NCBI RefSeq assembly: GCF_000142905.1
Contig: NW_013657661.1
Coordinates: 310,001 to 374,000, forward strand
Source: Thecamonas trahens ATCC 50062
Lineage: Eukaryota; Protista; Apusomonadida
Direction of reading: 5' to 3'
DNA length: 64,000 bases
In this document: one piece after another, positions 11,232 through 21,019 of the stretch
Position numbering within the stretch: the stretch's first letter is position 1
Layout: each line of letters starts with the position of its first letter
Program-made: the position numbers and the translations under genes
Notes under the pieces: model-generated
Told to the model about the DNA's origin: nothing
What the model saw: only the letters and a program-made list of their open reading frames with translations
The model's database searches: none

Positions 11232-11731
11232 GGCCACCGGGGGAGGGGGGGGGAAGAGGAGGAGAAGGCGGGAGGGGAGGGGAAGGGGGGGGGGAGGGAA
11301 GAGAGAGAGAGAGAGAGAGAGTGTGTGTGGGAGATGTGTGGGTATGGAACGGGAGAGGGTGGAGTGTGAGCCAGAGGCTGTGTGGGGAAGGACTCCTCCC
11401 GTGGTGTCGTCATGGGTAGACTCGGCTGTGTTTTGGCGGCTGTTCGGTGGCTCTCCGCCGCTTGGTGATGGACGGAATGATGAGCCTCTCGACCCATTGC
11501 CAGTACCTTGATGGCTTTTGCCTTTTTGGTTTTGGCAAAAAGCCTGCCGCTCTTTTGCGCTGCGCTATCTGTCATTCATGGCGGTTGGTTGGTTGGGTGG
11601 TTGGGCATTGGCCGTGGCTGCACTCGACATGAACGATGCGGTTGCTGCATGGGAGGGAGAGGGAGGGGGAGAGGGAGAGGGAGAGGGAGGAGAGGGAGGT
11701 CACCACTCGACGCCACATCAGGATCCAGATC

Positions 11732-13324
11732 ATGGACGTTGCGGCGATGGATGTGGGTCGGAGCAATGAGGCGCGGCTCTCTGATGTGTACTCTGATACG
11801 GCTCTGTTCCCCGAGTACGACCCTGTGCCCCTCGCGGGTCTGGTGGGTACCCCGAGTGTCCACCTCGTTGGCTACGCAGAGACCACCGGCAAGCTCTCGT
11901 CCGGCGAGACGCTCCCACTGGCAGACGTCCCGCTCGCTGCCCTGACAGAGGTACGCACGCCATGCGCAACTCCCCTCCCCACAACCTGCTCCCATGTCTG
12001 CCGTGGGCCCCCGTCCTGTCCGCCATGGGCCCCCGTCCTGTCCCTGTCCCTCTCGCCAGGGATGGATGGCCGGGATGGCTGGGAGGGAAGGAGATGGCTG
12101 TGGTCATGGCGATGGTGGCGATGGTGGCGACGGCAATGATGGCGATGGCGGCGATGATTGATAGTGACTTACATGTCTGTGGATGGGGTGTGGGGTGTGG
12201 AGTAGCGTGCAGAGATTGCTTTTGCGGCTGGGCAGTACGAGCAGGCGAAGGAGCTGTATGCGGCTGCTGCTGGTCAGGTCGGCAGCGATACGCCGCGGGT
12301 GCTGCGGGCAGCGCTGGCGTTTAATGCCGGAGTGGTGGCAGAGGAGCTGGATGACGAAGCGTCTGCAGCAGATGCATACATGGTGGCGGTGGGCGAGCTT
12401 GATGCGCTGGTGGCCAGCGGCGAGGATGTGGAGGGAGCCGGCGATCAGCTGGTGATTGCGGCCCGCGCTCTCGGACTTGTGCTGATGTCCGAGGGCCGGA
12501 CCGAGGAGGCGTACGCACTGCTGCAGTCGTCGCGGGCGGCGGGCGACGGCGGGGTGCTGTTTGTGCTCGCCACGCTGGCGCGGATGCTTGGCATGACGAC
12601 GGCTTCGATGGAGCACATGTGCCAGCTGCTGGTGGCTGTGGCGCCAGGGGTTCTCGACTCTGTGGCGCTCGGTGCCAACGAGCTCGGCGCATGGCTCAAG
12701 AACGCGCCAGCGTCGGCGCAGGCTCTTTGGCTTTTTACCGTCGACGCCTGTGTGTGCGATGGCTACGTGGAGGAGGCCGAGTTTCTGCTCACCCTCCTAG
12801 CCGCCGGCATCGACGCCGCTTTTGGCCCGTCGTCGGTCGAGGCCAACGCCATGACCATGGAGCAGGTCTCTTTCTACGATCGCGAGGGCAAGGAGCCGGC
12901 CCATCCCCCGGAGATCATGTCGGGCTTTACCCGCCCGGCCATGCCTTATGCGCTCTCCCGGGCCGAGGCTGTGCTCTCGCGCGGCAGTGCCGGCAAGTGG
13001 TGCCTGCGCGTGGCGGCACCGGCGGCTATTCTGCCGCCGGGCAAAGGCGCGCACGTCCTCGAGCTTGATGCTGTCGAGATGACCGAGGCGGGCGCAGCAG
13101 CTGCAGCCGCCGCCATTTGCACAGCCACTGCCGAGACGACGAGCCTCTTTGACCTGTGGCTCTACGCCGAGGCGCCGACGGGCGCCTTCCCGCTCGACTT
13201 TGTCAAGCACCTCGCCACCGCCCTCGCGGCCGACAACGTCGGAACTCGGGTCTGCACTGCGCAGCCCAGTGTACGCAAGGCATCGCCATCAGCGTCGCCA
13301 TCAGCGTCGCCGTCGGCCTCTTGA
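11732..13324 (+). CDS. Hypothetical helical (TPR-like) protein; exons 11732-11950 and 12236-13324
   Basis: Phase-0 intron 11951-12235 (GTACGC...GGCAG) joins ...LAALTE to YEQAKELYAAA, in frame with the 12299 ORF. Confidence 0.7.
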
Positions 13325-13662
13325 GAGGCGAGGAAATGACTCGGGGGCTTCGACTCGCTTCGAGAAACTGATTTGCGTGAGAGGTCGAGACTCGTCCAGA
13401 AGGCTTGTTGGCGCAGTAAAACCGGCGTGATCCAGGCACATGAATAGCAGAGGACAAGGGCCACCAGCAGACGCTACAGCCAGTACTGGCATACGAATCG
13501 TACGGGAGTGTGGGCCAGGCATCATGCTGCGCGCGTGCGGGTGATGTGCGATGGCGGAGGAATTGGCAGCCAGCGGAGGAGGGAGCGACACTCGACTCAT
13601 CACGACGAGGGCGGCGGAGCAAGGCACAGGGACGGCGGTCCAAGGAAAAAGACATAGAAACG

Positions 13663-14985
13663 ATGGAGTCTGAACTTGATCAGTTCCGGGAAGAGTGGTT
13701 GGCGGAGCTCAACGAGTCGCATGCGGTCAATCGCGAGATTCTGGCCGAGGAGACGGCCGACGAAGCGCGGCTGCGGCAGGCTCACGAGCTCTTCTGCCGA
13801 GCTGCCGCGCTCGAGCGGTCGGGCCAGGTCACCGAGGCCATGCACACCTACCGCGAGGCGTTTATTCTCGACCCGGACGTCGACGTCTCGAACCGCCATG
13901 CCTATGCCCAGGCGCGGGCGGCGGCGGCGGAGGTGGCCATGGCGGGCAGAGACGACGGCGGTATGCCGGCTGACGCCAGACCGGCAACATTGGCCGACGA
14001 CGACGGGCGAGTCGAGAGTGGGTGCGACGGCGATGCAGGCGACGGCGGGCAAGATTTGCTTGCGCACATCTTGTCAGGCGAGGCCGGACGAGTGGCGCTG
14101 AGTCACGATGATGCCGACGGCGGCGACGAAGGGTGTGCTGGCAGTGGGCTTCGGCTTGGTGACCTACCTCTGGAGCTCTTGCTTGAGATCCTCAAGTGGC
14201 TGGACGTGGCATCACTGGAGTCGATTGCGCGTGTGTGTCGGCTGATGTTTGTGCTCTCGCGCGACAATGCGGCGTGGCGAGAGCGGCTGCATCGAGTGTC
14301 CAAGCCGGTGCTTGCGCGGCTGCTGCCGCGAGTGGGCTACTCGTGGCGGACAGCACTGGCGTGTTGTCCGCTGGTGCGGACGGGCGGACTGTACATTTGC
14401 CGTGAGACGTACTACCGGCGTGGTGGGCAGCGATGCCGCAACGGGACCATCTTCGAGCCGATGTACCAGTGCGTGTACTGGCGGTATCTCCAGTTCCACG
14501 CAAACGGCGAGTTTGCCTCGCTCTGCACGCCAGAGCACCCGTCGCGGGTGGTACGGTGGCTCGGAAGCAGCTGGACAATTGGCGAGGATGGGGCCGAGGG
14601 CCGCGGAGCCGGAGGCCGGTACGCGGCGGCCAAGCACAGCAAGTCGCGTCCGCTGCGGACGGGCAGCTTTGTGCAGAGGGATGGGCGGCTCGAGGCGACG
14701 GCACAAGACTCTACAGGCAGCGCAGGGTCATCGACCAGCCGGACCGCCGAGTTTGTCTTCCGCATGCGGCTCAAGCGGTTCGGCCGGCCGGCGACGGTGT
14801 CTGCGGCGCGGACGCCGGCGCAGGTGTGGACGCTCAACGCGGGCAAGATCGTGCTCGAGTCATACGCGGCGCACCACCCGTCGGGCAAGGTCACGCCGTA
14901 CCTTAACAAGCCGCAGGAGTACCACTTTGTCTCGTACGACGAGCTGGCGCGGTTGGAAGAGGCGCCTGCGCCGGAGGAGTGGTGA
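13663..14985 (+). CDS. FBXO9: F-box protein, FBXO9/Hrt3-like
   Basis: ELDQFREEWLAEL; TPR-like A.ELF..A..LE..G...EA...YR.AF.LDPD; F-box LPLELLLEIL..LDVASLE....VCR; C-terminal P.VR..G.YI...Y.R.G and V.YWRYL.F. Confidence 0.85.
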   Translation: MESELDQFREEWLAELNESHAVNREILAEETADEARLRQAHELFCRAAALERSGQVTEAMHTYREAFILDPDVDVSNRHAYAQARAAAAEVAMAGRDDGGMPADARPATLADDDGRVESGCDGDAGDGGQDLLAHILSGEAGRVALSHDDADGGDEGCAGSGLRLGDLPLELLLEILKWLDVASLESIARVCRLMFVLSRDNAAWRERLHRVSKPVLARLLPRVGYSWRTALACCPLVRTGGLYICRETYYRRGGQRCRNGTIFEPMYQCVYWRYLQFHANGEFASLCTPEHPSRVVRWLGSSWTIGEDGAEGRGAGGRYAAAKHSKSRPLRTGSFVQRDGRLEATAQDSTGSAGSSTSRTAEFVFRMRLKRFGRPATVSAARTPAQVWTLNAGKIVLESYAAHHPSGKVTPYLNKPQEYHFVSYDELARLEEAPAPEEW

Positions 14986-14992
14986 GCAAGGT

Positions 14993-15655
14993 TTAATAAG
15001 ACGATGTCGATGACGCCGTGGTGGTAGCTGTTGTCGAGGCAAACGATGAGGCCGGCGACGACGGGCGGCGAGACGACTTGCCGCGGCGACGGACAGCGCC
15101 AAACGACGAATTGGCGCTGACTCCCGACGGCCCGACAGAGAACCCGTCATAGGTCGGAGTAGCAAGGCGGCGGCGGCGCGCGCGCTTGCGAGCAGCCTTG
15201 GCTCGCTCCTGGGCCTCGTAGGTTCTCTGCCACTCTGCGCGCGACTCGCGATCGATCATGCACGCTGTGCAACAGTCGAGCTCCTGCAGCTCAGACGACT
15301 CGGAGAGTGTGTAGCTGTACTCGTCGGACGAGTCGTCGTACGAGGCCATGACACGAGCATGGATGGGCTTGCCTGAGGCGCGGGCGGCGGCGCGACGGCG
15401 GCGGCGGCGCTCGCGGCGGCGCTCTTCCTCCAATTTTGCATTGGGATCTGAGCAGCCCCAGCAGACAGCACAGGAGAAGTCTTGCTTGGCCCGACCGGCT
15501 GCTTCCTTCCGCTTGAGCATGTCACGCTTGCGCGCCTCCTCCGCCTTGCGGTTGCGCTCCCGCAGCTCGGCCGCCAGCAGCTCCTCCGAGTCAAACTCGT
15601 CCGGGTTGGCCGCCACGGCCTCCTTTTTGCCTTCGTCCTTCTTCTTGCTCGACAT
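14993..15655 (-). CDS. Hypothetical charged protein with two small Cys clusters
   Basis: ATG 15655, host-like codons, CAVCWGC and CCTAC. Confidence 0.7.
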   Translation of the reverse strand: MSSKKKDEGKKEAVAANPDEFDSEELLAAELRERNRKAEEARKRDMLKRKEAAGRAKQDFSCAVCWGCSDPNAKLEEERRRERRRRRRAAARASGKPIHARVMASYDDSSDEYSYTLSESSELQELDCCTACMIDRESRAEWQRTYEAQERAKAARKRARRRRLATPTYDGFSVGPSGVSANSSFGAVRRRGKSSRRPSSPASSFASTTATTTASSTSSY

Positions 15656-15792
15656 GGCCTCTCCTACAGTGGTCGACCTGCCGTATGTATGTGTGTGTGT
15701 GTGTGGTGTGGGGGGGGGGGGGGGGTGGTGGTGGTGGTGGGGTGGGGGTGTGGTGGGGTGACTGGTGTGGGTGGTGTGGTGGTGGTGGTCGT

Positions 15793-15892
15793 NNNNNNNN
15801 NNNNNNNNNNNNNNNNNNNNNNNNNNNNNNNNNNNNNNNNNNNNNNNNNNNNNNNNNNNNNNNNNNNNNNNNNNNNNNNNNNNNNNNNNNNN
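15793..15892. other. Assembly gap (100 N)
   Basis: Run of N flanked by low-complexity G/GT sequence. Confidence 1.
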
Positions 15893-16425
15893 ATGGGTGA
15901 CCAGGGCTTCACAAATGGTAGTGTGGCTCTAATGCAGACTTTCACTTTGCGCCTCCCACGCCCTAACTACGTTCTCCTGAACGGTTTTCTCCCTCTTCGC
16001 GCTCGTGTCTTCTCTTTCCCTCGGGAGTAGCGCGTCGACACTAACGGCCTATTTTGTCTCAGTGAGAGATCAGAGGACTTACACAGTATAAGATTGCATT
16101 TAAGGGGGGGGGGGGAGGGGGGGGGTAATCGCAGGTTGGGCGCAGCACGGGGTGGGGCTGGCGCAGCAGGTGGTAGAGTTGACGGCGTATAGCCGTGTGA
16201 TCAGGAGGTGCCGTCTTGTTTGGCGGTGTGATGGGGTCGGCTGGGTAGCAGTGGTGGGCTGAGCCAAGCAAGGCGTGAGGGGAGAAGAACGGAAAATTGT
16301 TTGCTGGGCAACATGCGGCTCAACGTGGAGAACGTCGGCAAGTACAGGGATGTTCCTTGGGCGGTCAAGATGCTGTGGAACAAACACTTGTCACACAACG
16401 GCTGCAAGAGAACACATACTTGATC

Positions 16426-17526
16426 ATGAGCAAGACGAATGCGGTGCTGGTTACCGGTGGTGCCGGGTTCATTGGCTCGCACATGGTGCTGCGGCTGCTG
16501 CAGGAGGGCTACACCGTCTACACCCTTGACAACATGTACAACGCAGACAGACGCGTTTTTGATCGCATCCTCAAGCTCGCGCCCGAGTCTAGCAAGCGTT
16601 TGCACGTCCACACCGTCGACATGCGCGACCCGAGCGGCCTGGCCTGTGTATTCGCCGCCGCCGAGGCCATTGGGGATGACATTGCTGCCGTTATTCATTT
16701 TGCTGGCCACAAGGCTGTCGGCGAGTCGATGGCCAACCCCATGCTGTACTACACCAACAACATGGTTGGCTCGGTCAACCTCATTGAGGCCATGGTTGAT
16801 GCCGGCGTCTCCAAGATTGTCTTCTCCTCCTCCTGCACCGTCTACGGCCAGCAGGACGAGCTGCCTATCACTGAGGCCTGCAGTCTTGGCCCGCAGTCTC
16901 CCTACGGCCGGACCAAGTACATGGTCGAGGAGATGCTGCGCGACGTCGCCGCCGCCCACGACGAGTGGCGCGTCACGTCGCTGCGCTACTTTAACCCGTG
17001 CGGCGCGCACGAGTCCGGCGAGCTGGGGGAGGACCCTCAGGGCGCTCCCATGAACCTGGTTCCTATCGTCTCGCAGGTCGCGCTCGGCACCCGCGACAAG
17101 GTCATGGTCTTTGGCTCCGACTACAACACCCACGACGGCACCGCTGTCCGTGACTACATCCACATTTCCGATCTCATCGACGGCCACCTCGCCGCTCTCC
17201 GTGAGCTCGACTCGCGCCCAGCTGACGAGCCGCGCGCCAAGGCGTTCAACCTCGGCACCGGCACTCCGGTCTCCGTCCTCGACGTCATTAACGCCATGAA
17301 GGCCGCCACTGGCAAGGAAATCGCCTATGAGCTTGCCGACCGCCGCCCGGGCGATGTCGAGGCCGCATATGCCGATCCAGCTGCCGCCGCCACCGGCCTC
17401 GGCTGGCGGGCCGAAAAGACCATCGCCGACATGTGTGCAGACTCCTGGCGGTGGTGGACGTCCAACCCGGCCGGCTACGCCACCGTCAAGGACGAAGCCG
17501 CCGCGCCCACGCCTGTCGATGCTTAG
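16426..17526 (+). CDS. GALE: UDP-glucose 4-epimerase
   Basis: VTGGAGFIGSH, HFAGHKAVGES, FSSSCTVYG, PYGRTK (YxxxK), LRYFNP.GAH, DGT.VRDYIH, RRPGD. Confidence 0.97.
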   Translation: MSKTNAVLVTGGAGFIGSHMVLRLLQEGYTVYTLDNMYNADRRVFDRILKLAPESSKRLHVHTVDMRDPSGLACVFAAAEAIGDDIAAVIHFAGHKAVGESMANPMLYYTNNMVGSVNLIEAMVDAGVSKIVFSSSCTVYGQQDELPITEACSLGPQSPYGRTKYMVEEMLRDVAAAHDEWRVTSLRYFNPCGAHESGELGEDPQGAPMNLVPIVSQVALGTRDKVMVFGSDYNTHDGTAVRDYIHISDLIDGHLAALRELDSRPADEPRAKAFNLGTGTPVSVLDVINAMKAATGKEIAYELADRRPGDVEAAYADPAAAATGLGWRAEKTIADMCADSWRWWTSNPAGYATVKDEAAAPTPVDA

Positions 17527-17541
17527 CCTAAGCGAGACCTT

Positions 17542-18921
17542 TCAATGAACTTTCCGCATCACCGCCCAGAACACCACCCCGGCGCACGCCACCACAATTT
17601 GCACAGCGAGCAGAATCACGAGAATGGCGTTGAGCTGGACTCGCGAGCCCGGCGCGCCGTATGTCGGGACCGGCGCCGGCGCCTCAGCAGAGCTCGGCAA
17701 CCGGTACTCGACAAGCTCGGCCTCCGTCACCGGCCCGCCCGAGTCGGTGTCGTCGACCACATGGGTGTGGGTGATCGAGACCCGTCCGGGTGCACTGCAC
17801 GTGATGTCGTGCCGGCCGGCTGGGAGCGGGATCCACCACCGCCCGGTGTTGTGGTTGACCCGGACGTGGAGGCCCGACCCAAGTGTCACCACCTCACACA
17901 CCGCATCGGCTACAAACGTGTCGTCGGGAGCCGCCACCCGGCCACGCGCAGCGGTCAGTACCCGCCGCGCCGTCATGAGAAGCGCCGGCGCGTTGTTGCC
18001 CCACAGCGTGGCGAGCGTCGCGGCACTGGGCGCAACATCGGGCGCAAAGTGAACCGACAGCGGAGGCTCGCCCAGAAACTGGAGCGCCCAGTCCTCCATC
18101 GAGCCCGAGCCTGCAAGCGATGCCACCGCCGCCGCATTGACAATGCCTGTGGGGAAGAGATCGGACCGTTCGCCAGGAACTCGCGAAGCATAAGAAAGCG
18201 CCAGCGAGGTCAGAATGCCCTCGCCCACCGCCGGCGCGGCCCGGACCGAGCCGTCGATCGACGAGTGCCACGGATAGGCGACTACCTCGACACCGGCCCC
18301 GGCCCGGAGATTGATTGAGAGCGTCGCGTACATGCTGCGGGCCCAGGCCATGATCGCCTGCGTCTCGAGTGCGCGGCCCGCTGGCGTGTCTGCGCCCGGC
18401 ACGTTGCGGATCGGAAAGTTGCGCTCGAGGAGCACGCCGTCGCCGTTGTCGGCCACACCGAGCGCAGCTCCGTCAGGATTGGCCACCGGGACAACCACCA
18501 CCACTGCGGCATCGAGGAGCATCGTGACCTGGTTATCGTCAGCGGAGTACGCCTCGGCCAGGTACCTGGCAAACGCCAGCGCCAGCGCTGCCTCGACCGC
18601 CGCCGTGTCGCCGCGCATGCCCGCCACAATCCTCACAATCGGCACTGCCTGCAGCAAAGGCGGCGTCGACGGCGAGATGGCCGAGATCGCCACCGCCGTA
18701 ATGTCCTTGCCATGTGTCGACAAGCCGACCGGGTGTGCATGGACCAGCTGCGGGTACGCCGCTGCCAGCGCGTTCAGCTCGGCCGTCACGTTGGTGACTG
18801 GAAAGTAGGCCATGGTCGCCGCCTCGCTCCCTCGCCCGCCGCAGACCACCAAGGCTACCACCACCACCACCAGCGCCACTAGGTCCAGACCACCACCCCT
18901 ACTTGCGCCTCGCTGCCACAT
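17542..18921 (-). CDS. M14 (carboxypeptidase D-like) type I membrane protein, probably catalytically inactive
   Basis: Signal peptide, VANPDG, LERNFP, ETQAIMAW, VAYPW, GIVNAA, GSMEDW, regulatory beta-domain, C-terminal TM helix. Zn ligands and catalytic Glu are substituted. Confidence 0.85.
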   Translation of the reverse strand: MWQRGASRGGGLDLVALVVVVVALVVCGGRGSEAATMAYFPVTNVTAELNALAAAYPQLVHAHPVGLSTHGKDITAVAISAISPSTPPLLQAVPIVRIVAGMRGDTAAVEAALALAFARYLAEAYSADDNQVTMLLDAAVVVVVPVANPDGAALGVADNGDGVLLERNFPIRNVPGADTPAGRALETQAIMAWARSMYATLSINLRAGAGVEVVAYPWHSSIDGSVRAAPAVGEGILTSLALSYASRVPGERSDLFPTGIVNAAAVASLAGSGSMEDWALQFLGEPPLSVHFAPDVAPSAATLATLWGNNAPALLMTARRVLTAARGRVAAPDDTFVADAVCEVVTLGSGLHVRVNHNTGRWWIPLPAGRHDITCSAPGRVSITHTHVVDDTDSGGPVTEAELVEYRLPSSAEAPAPVPTYGAPGSRVQLNAILVILLAVQIVVACAGVVFWAVMRKVH

Positions 18922-19246
18922 ACTCCAAGTCTCCTGCCGAGTCAACTCGTTGCTCTGACCGCCGTTGAGCCGCTGGTGCGGCAGCCACGACTAACGTCAC
19001 TGCCATGCCCGCTAGCCACGTCTGGACAGGGCCGTCACCACCGCATATCACTTCGACTGGGGGCACCATGCCCGCACCGATGGTGCTCCACAACATGATC
19101 GACATCGTGTGTTCAGGTCGTGGACTTGTTCGTCGATGCGGACGACATCAGATCGGGTCAGTTTGGGCTAGCGGCCAGCCGATGACGCCAAACACCCGCC
19201 CGGTCTGGGTGGCGTGGCGAGGGGCATGCAGCATATCGCGCCTTGT

Positions 19247-19292
19247 CATGGCTAAGGGTCAGGGGCATGGCTAAGGGTTAGGGGCATGGCTA
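19247..19292 (+). repeat. ~2.4 copies of a 19-bp unit CATGGCTAAGGGTYAGGGG upstream of Dps
   Basis: catggctaagggtcagggg catggctaagggttagggg catggcta. Confidence 0.8.
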
Positions 19293-19559
19293 TTTATGGT
19301 ACAGGCAAGCACATACTCCCAAGAATCTCCTCAGCGAGCATGCTATGCACTGCGCCCCTCCCATCAGATGTTGATCCAACCTCCATTGCCATCAATCATG
19401 ATGGGCGGCGGTATGCGGACCAGTCATCATGACGACGCTGACGTGAGCCTCGCCGGGCAATTTGTGGCTAGCGTAAAAACCAGCGGGAAAAGGAGAACCA
19501 CCACCTTTCGTTTTGTTCATTACACACACACACACGTACACACAACCGCACATCACATC

Positions 19560-20009
19560 ATGTCCGATACCACCGTCATCGAGGGCCTCAAGGCCTGCCT
19601 CGCCAACACGTACACGATCTACGTCAAGACACAAAACTACCACTGGAATGTGGTTGGCCCGAACTTCCACTCGCTCCATCTCATGTTCGAGGGGCAGTAC
19701 CGCGAGCTCGCAGTGGCCGTCGACGATCTGGCCGAGCGACTGCGCGCTCTGGGTGTCCCGGCGCCGGGCACCTTTGCCGAGTTTACCGAGCTCGCCACCA
19801 TCGAGACGACCGCCGTCGAGGTGACCGCTGACGGCAACGCCCTCGTCCGCGACCTGTACGACACACATCAGGCTCTGATTGCGCACATGAAGACTGCGCG
19901 CGAGGCCGCTGCCGCCGCTGACGACGTCGCTACTGAAGACATGCTCATCGAGCGGATCAAGCACCATGACAAGATGTCGTGGATGCTCAAGGCCACGCTT
20001 GCTGAGTAG
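19560..20009 (+). CDS. dps: Dps (DNA-binding protein from starved cells, mini-ferritin)
   Basis: 149 aa with KTQNYHWNVVGPNFHSLHLMFEGQY.E....VDDLAERLRALG, D..TED and HDKMSWML; ferroxidase H/H/D/E ligands present. Confidence 0.95.
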   Translation: MSDTTVIEGLKACLANTYTIYVKTQNYHWNVVGPNFHSLHLMFEGQYRELAVAVDDLAERLRALGVPAPGTFAEFTELATIETTAVEVTADGNALVRDLYDTHQALIAHMKTAREAAAAADDVATEDMLIERIKHHDKMSWMLKATLAE

Positions 20010-20286
20010 TTAAGCCGCTGCGAGACGGCAAAGCCTTGCCGCTGCAAGAAGAAAGAGGGGAAACATGATAGAGAAAAAGGTGGGTAAAGTAGCAGTCAGA
20101 CCTAGATGGACTGTTAAGATCATAGAGATACTCATCCAATTCGTTCATCGTCCTGCGTTTGAACCAATCTGCCCCGAAGGACAGAGTGAAGAATTATTAC
20201 CTACTTTCCCCTCCCCTAACCATGCCTTGGCTTGTGGCTCGCAGAGAGGCCATCTTTGGAGCAGCCACCCGCCAAATGGGTTCCCC

Positions 20287-20564
<278 letters not shown>

Positions 20565-20664
20565 NNNNNNNNNNNNNNNNNNNNNNNNNNNNNNNNNNNN
20601 NNNNNNNNNNNNNNNNNNNNNNNNNNNNNNNNNNNNNNNNNNNNNNNNNNNNNNNNNNNNNNNN
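20565..20664. other. Assembly gap (100 N)
   Basis: Run of N between (TA)n and poly-C. Confidence 1.
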
Positions 20665-21019
20665 ACCCCCCCCCCCCCCCCTTCACCTTTTCCCCCAAGT
20701 CGCCGAACGACCAACCAGCGCCCATGCCTCGCTCCACCACCCAACCACACCATTCCCCCGCCACGTGACCACCGTTCCCCACCAAGACCGCCCGGCACAG
20801 ACTCGAGCTACCGTCTTTTATTTCTCTCTCACTCTCTCACTCTCTCACTCCTTTCCTCCTCCCCCCCCCCCCCCCCCCCACGCACGCTCCCCTCCTCCCT
20901 CTCCACTCCGTACACCTGCTGCTTGTGGACGGAACAGGCTCTTTCTGCACGCGCGCTCGCTTGGCAAAAAAAAGGGGCACCACAGCAGCGAACGTTCACC
21001 ACGTGCATTGCATTGTCTC

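Noticed and set aside
19270-19285. Telomere or chromosome end
   Set aside because: Only one TTAGGG within a 19-bp duplication, internal to gene-dense sequence.
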